Source: a virus (lineage: Duplodnaviria > Caudoviricetes). From it: DNA of 52,215 bases. The translations under genes and the position numbers were made by a program. Of this stretch, positions 1 to 8,568 are shown one piece after another. Numbering within the stretch: the first letter of the stretch is position 1; every line of letters begins with the position of its first letter. The stretch covers positions 1 through 52,215 of the IMG/VR virus record IMGVR_UViG_3300027987_000273; one strand, given 5' to 3'. The notes beneath the pieces are model-generated. The model did no database searches and was not told the origin of the DNA. It saw nothing but the letters and a program-made list of their open reading frames with translations.

Positions 1-144
1 ACTGGGCCTGGGCTGCGCGGTCGATGCCCGCGTAGACGCCAGTCGTGTCCAGCGGACCAGACGTGGAATACATACCCACGATCTGTTCGGCCGCACCTGC
101 GCCGGTCCAGAGATCGGCGTTGATGCCCTTCGCGAGACGTTCGA
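1..144. repeat. Terminal direct repeat (circular assembly overlap), left copy
   Basis: 1-144 is identical to 52072-52215 and falls inside the capsid gene. Confidence 0.95.
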
Positions 145-499
145 CAGCGTCGCCCATCTCGTCGGCGAACAGGTTCTCGAGCTCCTGCGGGTTGCCTGTC
201 GCCATGGCCGCCGCGATGGCCTTACCGGTCATCGAGAACGGCGCGTCGTAGGTCCCGTAATCGAGATTTGCGGGAACCTTCGCGTCGTTCTTGAAGTCCG
301 CCGGGACCAGGTCGGCGCCATCGGCGCGGAAGCTGGAGACGTCGGTACCGAAGCGGGCAGACCATTGGAGGTTCTTGCCCTCTCCGGGTCCGACCTGGAG
401 CAGCTGCAAACCAACCGACGCGCGGTTGATCTGACTGGTGATCTGCTCCTCGAAGATGGTGGCCAGGGTGTTCGCAATGGCCGCGAGATCGACTGCCAT
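1..499 (-). CDS. Major capsid protein, N-terminal part (continues across the join into 52071-51524; 348 aa total)
   Basis: ATG at 499 with AAGGAG SD; reads MAVDLAAIANTLATIFEEQITSQINR...; in frame with ORF 51524..52150 after circularisation; follows the scaffold gene. Missed by the ORF track. Confidence 0.88.
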   Translation of the reverse strand, partial: MAVDLAAIANTLATIFEEQITSQINRASVGLQLLQVGPGEGKNLQWSARFGTDVSSFRADGADLVPADFKNDAKVPANLDYGTYDAPFSMTGKAIAAAMATGNPQELENLFADEMGDAVERLAKGINADLWTGAGAAEQIVGMYSTSGPLDTTGVYAGIDRAAQAQ

Positions 500-504
500 A
501 GAAT

Positions 505-585
505 GGGCTCCTTGTTAGCGCTGGAAACGAGTTGCGTTGTCCGCACTGTGCCGCCCAGTGCTAGGCGTGCGCCCCAGAGGAGCCC
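505..585 (-). promoter_or_regulatory. Structured capsid-gene leader sequestering the SD
   Basis: GGGCTCCT (505-512) and AGGAGCCC (578-585) form an inverted repeat enclosing a GCACTG/CAGTGC hairpin (543-561). Confidence 0.5.
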
Positions 586-643
586 CCCTGGTCGTGACCT
601 CGAGTGGGCCACACCGCTGAACCGATGTCAAACGCGCTGGGCG

Positions 644-1489
644 TTATTTGTCCTCGCCGCCGGTGATTTGCACCTGGCCGCCGCCGCCGATGAGCTGGGC
701 CGCAAGACTGGGGAGCTGGCGCCGTGCTTCGGCAATCCGCTCGGCCTTCGCCTGCTTCGGGTCGACCGGGCGCCCGCCTGGGCGTGGCCCGCCATGGGCC
801 GGGACGGTGCCCGAGCCACCGCCTCCGGGCTTCGGGGCGAGGTAGGCCTTCCCGACCTCGGTCTCCGCCCACTCCTTGACGCCCTCGGCCAGGGGGATCT
901 CCTCGTCGTAGCCCTTGGCCGTCGAGATGTAGACGTAGGAGCCGTCCTTCAGCTGGCGAACGTTCGCCATGACCTCGGCCATCGCGCCGCGGATGCGCCG
1001 TGGCTCGACTCCGGTGGAGTTCAGCGCGTCCTTGAGCGTCCCGTCGCGTTTCGCCTCGAGGCTCTTTTTCTCGTTGTCGAGTCGAATCTGTCGCTCCTGG
1101 TCGAGGGCCTTCTGGAGCCGCTTGACCTCCTCCGACTGGCCGCCCTGGTTCTGCCCCTGGGCGTCTCCTCCGCCGCTCTGCGAGCTTCCGCCGCCCTGGG
1201 CGCCGTCCTGGGTCCTGTGGACGCCCAGGCTCTCGAGGGTCGTTTTGATGGGGCTGAGGGCGGAGTCCAGCTTCCGCTCCATGTGGGTGGCGACCGCCGC
1301 GTTCACGATGCGCGCGATGGTCTTCTCCTGGTCGGCGCTGAAGGCTGAAGGCGACGGGGCCCCTCCTCCTCCGCCGTCTCCCCCGGCGCCACCGTCTCCC
1401 CCTCCAGCGGCGCCGCCTCCGCCTCCCCCGTCTGGGGTGTTGAGGTTAACAGCGTTAGCGAACGAGCGCAGCCATCCCAGTCGATTCAT
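644..1489 (-). CDS. Capsid scaffolding protein
   Basis: Gly-rich N-terminus, coiled coil, low-complexity C-terminus; immediately upstream of the capsid gene; ATG 1489 with AAGGAG SD. Confidence 0.75.
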   Translation of the reverse strand: MNRLGWLRSFANAVNLNTPDGGGGGGAAGGGDGGAGGDGGGGGAPSPSAFSADQEKTIARIVNAAVATHMERKLDSALSPIKTTLESLGVHRTQDGAQGGGSSQSGGGDAQGQNQGGQSEEVKRLQKALDQERQIRLDNEKKSLEAKRDGTLKDALNSTGVEPRRIRGAMAEVMANVRQLKDGSYVYISTAKGYDEEIPLAEGVKEWAETEVGKAYLAPKPGGGGSGTVPAHGGPRPGGRPVDPKQAKAERIAEARRQLPSLAAQLIGGGGQVQITGGEDK

Positions 1490-1558
1490 CCTGTGTCTCC
1501 TTGTCCCACACACCACATCGGGTGGGTTACAGGTCGGAGACTACCCCATCAGGTGGAA

Positions 1559-1753
1559 TCACGGAAGGCCGGCGCCCTCCGCGTCGATGGACGCCCGAAC
1601 GTTCCAGCGCTCTGAGAGCTTGATGAAGGCCTCCGGGTCGTCCTGGAGCATGGCCAGCATCTCCCACTCCTCGGATGTGATCTCGCGGTTCCGGCTCTCG
1701 TAGAACCGCTTCACGGCGCGGAGATCGTTTCTCTCAATAGAACCGATGTTCAT
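1559..1753 (-). CDS. Small acidic protein, candidate immunity partner of the MuF C-terminal domain
   Basis: 64 aa, AAGGA SD, starts 15 nt after the MuF stop. Confidence 0.55.
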   Translation of the reverse strand: MNIGSIERNDLRAVKRFYESRNREITSEEWEMLAMLQDDPEAFIKLSERWNVRASIDAEGAGLP

Positions 1754-1768
1754 GTTGCTGTTTTCCTT

Positions 1769-3892
1769 TTACTTCTTGCCAGGTCTGAACGCCAGGTCGA
1801 ACAGAAGAGATGTAATTTTACCCTGGGCGTGGGTGAGTTCCACGTATTCCCCTTCGACCTTCTCGACCAGGCCCTTGCTGCGCCGGTCCAGGTTCTCGTC
1901 TCCGGTCGGAGGGAAGGACCGCGCGAACTCCGCGGAGATCTCGTTACCCCCCTCCATGGCCCGCCCGATGCGCTTGAACCTGTCGCTCGCCTCCTCGACG
2001 ATCTTCCGGGCCTTCGGCCTGCTGACCTTCCAGACCTTCGCTACCTCGTCGGTCAGGGGGTCGATGAATTCGGAGTAGCTGCCCCCGGTGGCGAAGTGTT
2101 GCGCCGGGACCCCGAACCGCTTCATCATGTCGCGTCGCGCCAGGACCTCGGTGGTTACCTCCTCGACGACCGCGCCCTGGAACCGGTAGCCCCTCATGAC
2201 CACCGGGCCGAACCCGTGGAAGGCCTCATGGTTCACGACCTTCGTGCCCCACACCCCCCGCTTGAGATCATAGTACCCCTTCGCCTTCAGCTGGGCGTGG
2301 ATGGCACTGCGCTCGGCGTCGAGGGTCTCGAATTCCGCCCACAGGGCCCGGTATTTTCGCGCCACCGCCTCGGAGACCGTCACCCCTTCGGGGACTGCGC
2401 CCACGCCGCTCCACTTCTCGAGTGTCAGCTGCTCCTGGAATGGGAGATCTATCGCCGACCGCTTCTCGATGTTCTTCACGACCGCCGCCTGGACCTTGTC
2501 CTGACGCTTGACGAGGGGTGCGGATTCCTTCCAGACCCGCTTCATCTCCGCCGGATTCGGAGCCCATTTTTCGGCGAACTCCTTGGCCATCTTCGCCACG
2601 CGGTTCGTGATGGAGATTGCCCCGTCCCAGTGATGGAGCCCCGCCGCGTCCCCCAGGCTGGGACGTACCCTCATAAGCCGTTTTTTTGCCTCGGTCTCGG
2701 ATGGCGCCCTCTTAATCTGGGCGAACCCCTGGCGGGACAGGTCGGCGTCTAGTACCTGGCGCGCCTTCGACCACTGGCCCTTCGCCAGGTGCGTCTCGTA
2801 GCCCGGTGGCGCCTTTTTCTTCGTCGCCCGGGGCTTCGTGGCCTTCGGCTTCGGCTGGTCCTTGGGCTTCGCCCTGGGCTTCCTGGGCGCGCGAACCGGT
2901 GCGTCCCACTCCGGGTGCCAGGCGACGACCACACACCTACAGTTCGGGTGCCTGGGAGGGTGCTGGACTCCGCCCGGGAACTCCGCCTTCTCGTCGACCA
3001 CGACCCCGTCCAGTTCGCGACACAGGGCACAGAGTCGGAAGTCCGCGCTCGCGTCCCACCGCTTCCTGAACGGGACGTCGCCCTCGGGGAGGTCGTCGTT
3101 CAGCTGCTCGATGGCGTCCAGGTGCTGGGCGTTATAGGCGTTCTGCATCTCCGTCCGGACCAGGCGCTCGCCCCAGTGCTGATATCTGCGGAACAGCCCC
3201 TCGGAGATGTCCTCGACGATGGCGCCGGGTTCGCCGACGACGCCGCGGAGGGCTACGAGCCCGCGCGGGCCGCCCAGGCGCCGGAGGCGACTCGTCATCT
3301 GGGCATAGGTCTCGCCCTTGGCCAGGCCGATCCCGAACTGGAGCCGGATGTCGTCCCGGATGTTCTGGACGTACCGGGCCGCAGACGTTCGGAACCTGGG
3401 CACGAGCTCGCGCTGTCCAGCAGCCACCAGGGCCGCCGTGTCGATCTGGGTGGGCATGATGGCCAGGTTCCCCGGGCCGCCGAACACGTGCGCCAGGCGC
3501 GCGACCTCGCGTTCCACGTGGAAACCGGCCATGATGCCCGCCTCGGTCGCGCCATCGATCATGGCCTCGCCGATGCCAGGCTGGGCCTCGCGGATGGTCC
3601 TGATGGCCGTGTTGACCGACGCGAGGGCCCGATTCATCTGGTAGGCCGTGAATCTCTCATTCCCGCCCGGGATTTGCTGGTACCACTGGAGGAGCCCCTG
3701 GCGGAGCTCGGCCTTCGCCCGGGACAGGACAGGGAGGAGCTTCCTCATGACCTTCGGGTCGAGCTCGGCGACCTCGCGGGCCATGTCCTCCATGACCCGG
3801 GCGACCCTGCGCGCCTTCGACCGCCCTGGGTTGATGGGCGCATGGCGGCCAGGCGGGTCCGCGTCCGTCGTGATGGGCGGGTCAGGGGGCAC
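1769..3892 (-). CDS. MuF/SPP1 gp7-like minor head protein with C-terminal HExxH metallopeptidase-like extension
   Basis: RLVRTE, CALC and HPNCRC MuF motifs; K/P-rich linker; HEAFH at 2216-2230 followed by EEVTTE; located just downstream of the portal. Confidence 0.85.
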   Translation of the reverse strand: MPPDPPITTDADPPGRHAPINPGRSKARRVARVMEDMAREVAELDPKVMRKLLPVLSRAKAELRQGLLQWYQQIPGGNERFTAYQMNRALASVNTAIRTIREAQPGIGEAMIDGATEAGIMAGFHVEREVARLAHVFGGPGNLAIMPTQIDTAALVAAGQRELVPRFRTSAARYVQNIRDDIRLQFGIGLAKGETYAQMTSRLRRLGGPRGLVALRGVVGEPGAIVEDISEGLFRRYQHWGERLVRTEMQNAYNAQHLDAIEQLNDDLPEGDVPFRKRWDASADFRLCALCRELDGVVVDEKAEFPGGVQHPPRHPNCRCVVVAWHPEWDAPVRAPRKPRAKPKDQPKPKATKPRATKKKAPPGYETHLAKGQWSKARQVLDADLSRQGFAQIKRAPSETEAKKRLMRVRPSLGDAAGLHHWDGAISITNRVAKMAKEFAEKWAPNPAEMKRVWKESAPLVKRQDKVQAAVVKNIEKRSAIDLPFQEQLTLEKWSGVGAVPEGVTVSEAVARKYRALWAEFETLDAERSAIHAQLKAKGYYDLKRGVWGTKVVNHEAFHGFGPVVMRGYRFQGAVVEEVTTEVLARRDMMKRFGVPAQHFATGGSYSEFIDPLTDEVAKVWKVSRPKARKIVEEASDRFKRIGRAMEGGNEISAEFARSFPPTGDENLDRRSKGLVEKVEGEYVELTHAQGKITSLLFDLAFRPGKK

Positions 3893-4067
3893 TGCCGATG
3901 GTCCTCCTGGTCGCCGACTGGCTGAACTCGACGACCTCGATCCAATCCCGCTTCGGGTCTACCGGGATGTGCCAGATGATCTCGCCATTCTGGCCCCACC
4001 CGTAATCAAACGCGCTCCACATGGTGTCCTGGCGCGCGAGTCTACCGTTCAGGAAGACCAGGCGCAT
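3882..4067 (-). CDS. Hypothetical protein (61 aa)
   Basis: Fills the portal-MuF gap with coupled start and stop. Confidence 0.55.
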   Translation of the reverse strand: MRLVFLNGRLARQDTMWSAFDYGWGQNGEIIWHIPVDPKRDWIEVVEFSQSATRRTIGSAP

Positions 4068-4070
4068 CGC

Positions 4071-5885
4071 CTACCTGGAGGAGAAGACGCTACGCTGGCC
4101 CTGGGCGACCTGGCGCCGCTGTTCGGCGCGAGGGGGAGGTTCGTCCTCGTCCTCGTCGTCGTCCTCCTCCTCGCCCTCGCCCATGCGCTCGAGGCCCTGC
4201 ATGGCGACGCTCTCCGCCATGAGGATGGACTCCGCCGTGACCATCTCCGTGACCTCCTCGCGGATGGCCGCGCGGTCGTTCTCGGTGAGCTCCCCGCCCA
4301 GGAGCAGGGTGTAGACCTTGATCAGGTACTTCTGGAGGAACGTGTGCGACTTCATGGGGAGGCCGTTCAGGACCTCGACCGCCTCCTCGATGGCCGCCTT
4401 CACGTCGACGTCAGAGAAGTTCTCGGCGCCGCACACCTTCGCGTCGAGCTCCTTGCCCCTGGCCCTCTCGACCAGGACCTTCACGTCGTGGAGGCCTTCG
4501 CGACCGTAGACGCCCAGGGCCGCCAAAACCACGCGAGTGACCGCTTCGTCCGCCTTCTTGCTGTCGCCCGACCTGTTCAGGGCCTTGGAGTCCATATCCG
4601 CAGACAGCGCCATGGAATACATGACCCGAAACATCTCCTGCATGATCTGGGCTGCGGACTCTCGCGACTCCTTGAACGGGGCGACGTCCGGGCCGATGAA
4701 CCTGGCGTCGTCGTCCTTGCCTCGGACCTGGCTGTAGCCCTGGCCGCGAACCTGGGACAGGGCCCTGTTCTCGTCCTCCTGGGCCGCCGAGACTGGCATG
4801 GTGCCCACGTCGTCCTCGGGTCCCAGGAACTCGTAGAGGATGGCGAAAAGGCTCTTGTATTCGGCCCAGGCTGTCGCGCAGCGTTTGTTGAAGTGTTCCC
4901 GGGCCAGGCTCTCGAGCTTCCCCATGGCCCAAAGGCCCTCGGGGATCTCGACGCACACGAACGGTACCTTATTGAACGAATGGGGCCCCTCGGCGAGGAA
5001 CGCCACCGGGGTCTCGGGCTTCGGCGGTTCCTTCGGGTCGTAGGTGATCCGGTACTGGACCCAGCCCACTCGGTCGTAGAACGTGTAAGTGTTCGTCACC
5101 AGACCCCGCTTGTCGCGGAGGCTGTTCCGGCGCTGCTCGCTGTCGCAGATCAGGACCCACTCGAGCTCGCCATTGTTGTCCTTCTGCCAGTCGATGACGT
5201 ATTCGGCTTCCACGCGGACCGCGTAGGGGTCGAGGAGGCCCGCCTTCTCCTGGGCCAGGACGCTGTCGATGGTCACCCCGTCCTCGGGGGTCTGGGGGAG
5301 GTCGACCAGGATCCACGACCGACGACAGATCAGCGCCTCGCGGACGACCTCCATCATCAGGCGCTGGGCCGACTGTCGCTTCCCTTCTGGGGGCGAGACG
5401 TCCTCGAGGAAATCCTTCCACCACTCGTCCAGCGGAGGCGCGTCCTCGCCCTCGGCGTTCGAGCTGGGCTCGATGGTGAGGGGGTCGGAACCCAGGCCAG
5501 CTACCAGGTGATCGACGATGGTGCCCGCATAGGGGAAGTAGAACGCGCGGTCGCAGCGCTCGCGGTAGACCTCCGGCGCCTCGTTCCGGTGCTTCGGGAA
5601 CAGGCGCTTCATCAGTCCTTTATTGCGCAGGAGGCGCGGGCCGCCAGCGTAGAGGGCGCGGAGCTCGGCCCACAGGTCGCTGTCATATTCCGGATGCCGC
5701 TCCATGAACAGCTCGAACGGGACGCTCCGACCTTCGCGCTCGTCGTCGGACAGTGCGCCAGCCCGGACAGTGCCACCGGCCATCATGAGAGCCTGGCGGA
5801 GCTGGTACTTTCGGAGCCCCTCCTCGATGGCAGAACCCGCGAGCTCGCGGTCGACGAGGGTCTGGAGGTCCAGTTCGACGGGCAT
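4071..5885 (-). CDS. Portal protein
   Basis: 604 aa between terL and MuF; YRERCDRA, WILVD and SGDSK motifs typical of portals; acidic tail. Confidence 0.85.
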   Translation of the reverse strand: MPVELDLQTLVDRELAGSAIEEGLRKYQLRQALMMAGGTVRAGALSDDEREGRSVPFELFMERHPEYDSDLWAELRALYAGGPRLLRNKGLMKRLFPKHRNEAPEVYRERCDRAFYFPYAGTIVDHLVAGLGSDPLTIEPSSNAEGEDAPPLDEWWKDFLEDVSPPEGKRQSAQRLMMEVVREALICRRSWILVDLPQTPEDGVTIDSVLAQEKAGLLDPYAVRVEAEYVIDWQKDNNGELEWVLICDSEQRRNSLRDKRGLVTNTYTFYDRVGWVQYRITYDPKEPPKPETPVAFLAEGPHSFNKVPFVCVEIPEGLWAMGKLESLAREHFNKRCATAWAEYKSLFAILYEFLGPEDDVGTMPVSAAQEDENRALSQVRGQGYSQVRGKDDDARFIGPDVAPFKESRESAAQIMQEMFRVMYSMALSADMDSKALNRSGDSKKADEAVTRVVLAALGVYGREGLHDVKVLVERARGKELDAKVCGAENFSDVDVKAAIEEAVEVLNGLPMKSHTFLQKYLIKVYTLLLGGELTENDRAAIREEVTEMVTAESILMAESVAMQGLERMGEGEEEDDDEDEDEPPPRAEQRRQVAQGQRSVFSSR

Positions 5886-5888
5886 GGC

Positions 5889-6137
5889 CTACTCCTTCGG
5901 CGTCTGCTTCCGCTTCCGCCTGGTGTTCTTCTTGGATGTCTTCGGGGGGTCCGGTGGGGTCTCCACCAGGGCGTCTTCGGCCTCCGCCTGGGCCGCCAGG
6001 GGTGGCGCGTCAGTGCGGACCTCCGGCGCAGGTTGAGCGGGCCTGGCCGGAGGCTGAGGTCGAACGCGAGGAGCCCGCCGCGGCGATGGGGCTGTTACAC
6101 CGCCGAAAACAACCGTTTCACGCGGAGGGCGTCTCAT
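5889..6137 (-). CDS. Small basic Pro/Arg-rich protein
   Basis: TAGTCT-N6-ATG leaderless signature; stop abuts the portal start. Confidence 0.5.
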   Translation of the reverse strand: MRRPPRETVVFGGVTAPSPRRAPRVRPQPPARPAQPAPEVRTDAPPLAAQAEAEDALVETPPDPPKTSKKNTRRKRKQTPKE

Positions 6138-6297
6138 GGCGCCAGACTATCACACCATCCGAGACCGGGACACGGACCCGGGTCGTCTTAGTGTGGACGC
6201 TAGTCGGCGCTGGGCGGGTCCGTCGGGGACCTCGCTCCCATTCAGCTCGGGCGGCCAGATGTGCCGCCCACCAGTCGTTCAGCGTTATCGCTTCCAT
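6118..6297 (-). CDS. Possible 59-aa peptide (MEAITLNDWWAAHLAARAEWERG...)
   Basis: GAGGTG SD just upstream, paired in a 10-bp stem; below the ORF-track cutoff. Confidence 0.35.
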   Translation of the reverse strand: MEAITLNDWWAAHLAARAEWERGPRRTRPAPTSVHTKTTRVRVPVSDGVIVWRHETPSA

Positions 6298-6700
6298 GTG
6301 GGCACCTCACACGGGGGATGATGCCCAATCCGGAGACGCGCTGCAACGGGTTTCCGGTGACACAGAGGAAAATTCAGTCAACCGGTGAGGTGCCTTAACA
6401 GACGAACCGCGCCCCCTGGCCAGGCGTTGAATCGACCCAGTGTCTGGCGAAGATCGGGGCCGACGGGACGAGCGACCAGGGGACGCGGAACTTGAAGGAA
6501 CAGGGACCGCATGAATCCCCGCAGGACGCCCTATAACACACCTGGCGCACAGAATTGAGACCCCGCCGCCACCATTGGCGACGGGGCCAGAGGCTTCGCC
6601 GTGGTGCTCCACCGATACAGATACCATAAACCCCGCCCAGGAGGGGATCTTCCCGGGCGGGGCTAACAGTTAGGGGCCTTCGCTGGCCAGGCGGAGGGGT
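6298..6700 (-). ncRNA. Candidate structured ncRNA / tandem small-RNA locus between terL and portal
   Basis: Stems 6631-6662, 6559-6588 (13 bp), 6407-6488 (15 bp) and 6301-6394 (10 bp, multibranch); most imperfect pairs are G-U on the minus strand; no convincing ORF. Confidence 0.55.
6628..6662 (-). terminator. Intrinsic terminator-like hairpin downstream of terL
   Basis: CCCCGCCC...GGGCGGGG stem followed by TTTAT on the minus strand. Confidence 0.5.
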
Positions 6701-6722
6701 ACCATACCGCCGCTCTCGCGGT

Positions 6723-8156
6723 CTACCCGAAGGGATTAGAAGCGACGCCAGGACCTCGGCGTCGGGGCTTCCTGGCCTTGAACAGCGTATTGAAGGCGTG
6801 CGCGATGGCGTCCACCTGGTCGTCGACGTCGGCCTTCGGGGTGAAGGCCGTCAGCTCCGAGATCAGATCCTTCGCCCAGGGCGCATCGATGGGGACGTGG
6901 ATCCGACCTTCGCTCCAGGCCGACCCGACGTTCTGGGCCCGCTGCCATTTGTCCCCTTCGGGCTGAATCTCGAGGACCCGGAGGCGCCTGTCCTCCTTGC
7001 GGAGGAGCTGGGGCACCGACTTGAACGCGCCCACCGCCTCCACCGCTGTCGCCACGCCCCAATATTTCGTCTGCATCTGGAGCAGGACCTCGACCAGCCT
7101 GGGGATCTCCACCTGGTCGCGGAAGACCTCGAGGACCCAGCCCTCCATCTTCTCGGCGTAGCCCTTGGCCGCCATGACCAGGGCGACGCTGTAGTCCGCA
7201 GCCGTCGACTCCGTCGCCGCAGGGTCGCAGGCGATGACCAGGCGATGTCCGTCCAGCTTCCAGTCGGCCAATTTGAACCGCGAGGGGTAGTCGCTGAATA
7301 GCTGCTGGCCCTTCGTGATGGGCGCCTGCTGGTACAGCGAGGAGAACCCGTAAGGCCCCATGATGGAGCGAATTCCATGGAGCTTCTTGGCCGGCCACCT
7401 GTCGGGCCAGAGGGCCTCGCCTGGCTTGCGACCGAGGAGGTCGCCCTTCTCCGCCAGAGCAGGGAGCCGGATGCGCTCGAAGACTACCCTCTCGCCGGTC
7501 TCCGGGTCCTCGAACCCCTTCAGAAGGCGCCCGACCAGGTCGTCCTTGTGCCAGCGCGTCATGATGACGAGGACCGACGCAATCTCCTCCAGGCGGGACC
7601 AGAACGTGTCCGTGAACCAGTCCCAGATATTGTCCCGGATGAGCTTCGACTCCGCCTCCTTGCGGTTCTTGATGGGGTCGTCGACGACCGCCACACCGGT
7701 GATCCCCTTGCCAGTGAGAGGGCCCTCGACACCCGTGGCCAGGAAGCTCCCCCCGAACGTGTTCTCCCAGTGATGGACGTTCTCGGACGTGAGCTCGAGC
7801 CCGCCCTCCTTGACCAGGCGCCGCACTGCGCGCGACTTATTCAGCGACAGGGCGTCGGCATAGGTGATATAGGCGTGATGGAGTGCCGGGTCGAGCTCCA
7901 TGCGCCAGGCGAACCCGTGGATCGCGGTCGTCGTCTTCGCGTGTCTGGGTGGGAGCTCGATGATGGCCCGGACGGGCTCGTAGCGCGTCCGCTCCCAGAC
8001 GTCGATCAGGGGCTTCAGGTGCGGAGGAGGGGGGAGCCTGGGGTTCCGACGACGGATGAACGGGTCGAGGCCCTCGGCGTTCGCGTCGTAGGCGTACAGC
8101 TCGGCGAGACGCTGCTCGTCCTCGACACTGAACACGTCCTGGGCGAGTGCCACCAT
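6723..8156 (-). CDS. terL: Terminase large subunit
   Basis: PPRHAKT Walker A, VVDDP Walker B, MTRWH motif, ACDPA and DDQVDA RNase H-like nuclease motifs. Confidence 0.95.
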   Translation of the reverse strand: MVALAQDVFSVEDEQRLAELYAYDANAEGLDPFIRRRNPRLPPPPHLKPLIDVWERTRYEPVRAIIELPPRHAKTTTAIHGFAWRMELDPALHHAYITYADALSLNKSRAVRRLVKEGGLELTSENVHHWENTFGGSFLATGVEGPLTGKGITGVAVVDDPIKNRKEAESKLIRDNIWDWFTDTFWSRLEEIASVLVIMTRWHKDDLVGRLLKGFEDPETGERVVFERIRLPALAEKGDLLGRKPGEALWPDRWPAKKLHGIRSIMGPYGFSSLYQQAPITKGQQLFSDYPSRFKLADWKLDGHRLVIACDPAATESTAADYSVALVMAAKGYAEKMEGWVLEVFRDQVEIPRLVEVLLQMQTKYWGVATAVEAVGAFKSVPQLLRKEDRRLRVLEIQPEGDKWQRAQNVGSAWSEGRIHVPIDAPWAKDLISELTAFTPKADVDDQVDAIAHAFNTLFKARKPRRRGPGVASNPFG

Positions 8157-8157
8157 C

Positions 8158-8553
8158 TCAGTCCTCGTCGTCGTCGCGCGTCATCTCGACGCGAACAGGG
8201 AGCGACGGGGGCGTCTGGATGGTCGCGCCCTCGGGGCACTTGTGACCGAACAGGATGGTCCCATCAGGCTGGAGGTCGCAGGTGACGCCAGGGAGCCCGC
8301 CGTCCTTGAGCCCGACGCGGATGGCGTTCTCGATGCGCCGGAGGTTCGTGCGCGTGCCAGGGAGCCCCTCGAGAGGCTTCACGGCCTTCGACACGATGCG
8401 CGAGATATACCGACAGAGCCCCTCGTAGCTGTCGACGCCGTACAGGCGACACACCTCGGGGTTCTGGAAGTCGGGGACCGTTGAGACCAGGGGCGCAGGT
8501 GGAGCCGGTTCATCGTCTCGAACGAGTCGCAGAAATGGCGCATCTCCAGCCAC
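8158..8553 (-). CDS. Hypothetical protein
   Basis: Abuts the terL start; TAAGCT -10-like hexamer upstream. Confidence 0.6.
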   Translation of the reverse strand: MAGDAPFLRLVRDDEPAPPAPLVSTVPDFQNPEVCRLYGVDSYEGLCRYISRIVSKAVKPLEGLPGTRTNLRRIENAIRVGLKDGGLPGVTCDLQPDGTILFGHKCPEGATIQTPPSLPVRVEMTRDDDED

Positions 8554-8568
8554 AACGTGGCCAGCTTA

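Noticed and set aside
1-144. Biological direct terminal repeat
   Set aside because: It splits the capsid gene mid-ORF, as expected for an assembler overlap of a circular contig
6139-6210. Group I intron P7-like GACTA/TAGTC pair
   Set aside because: It forms a simple hairpin, interrupts no gene, and TAGTCT is better explained as the -10 box of the next gene
6301-6394. tRNA or tmRNA-like cloverleaf
   Set aside because: No TTCG T-loop, D-loop GG or 7-nt anticodon loop
6365-6560. RNase P RNA resemblance (GAGGAAA ... ACAGAA)
   Set aside because: P4 consensus and register do not fit, and the flanking conserved elements are missing
6307-6627. 106-aa ORF across the structured locus
   Set aside because: No SD, low-complexity S/P/R/G composition, start embedded at the foot of a terminator-like hairpin
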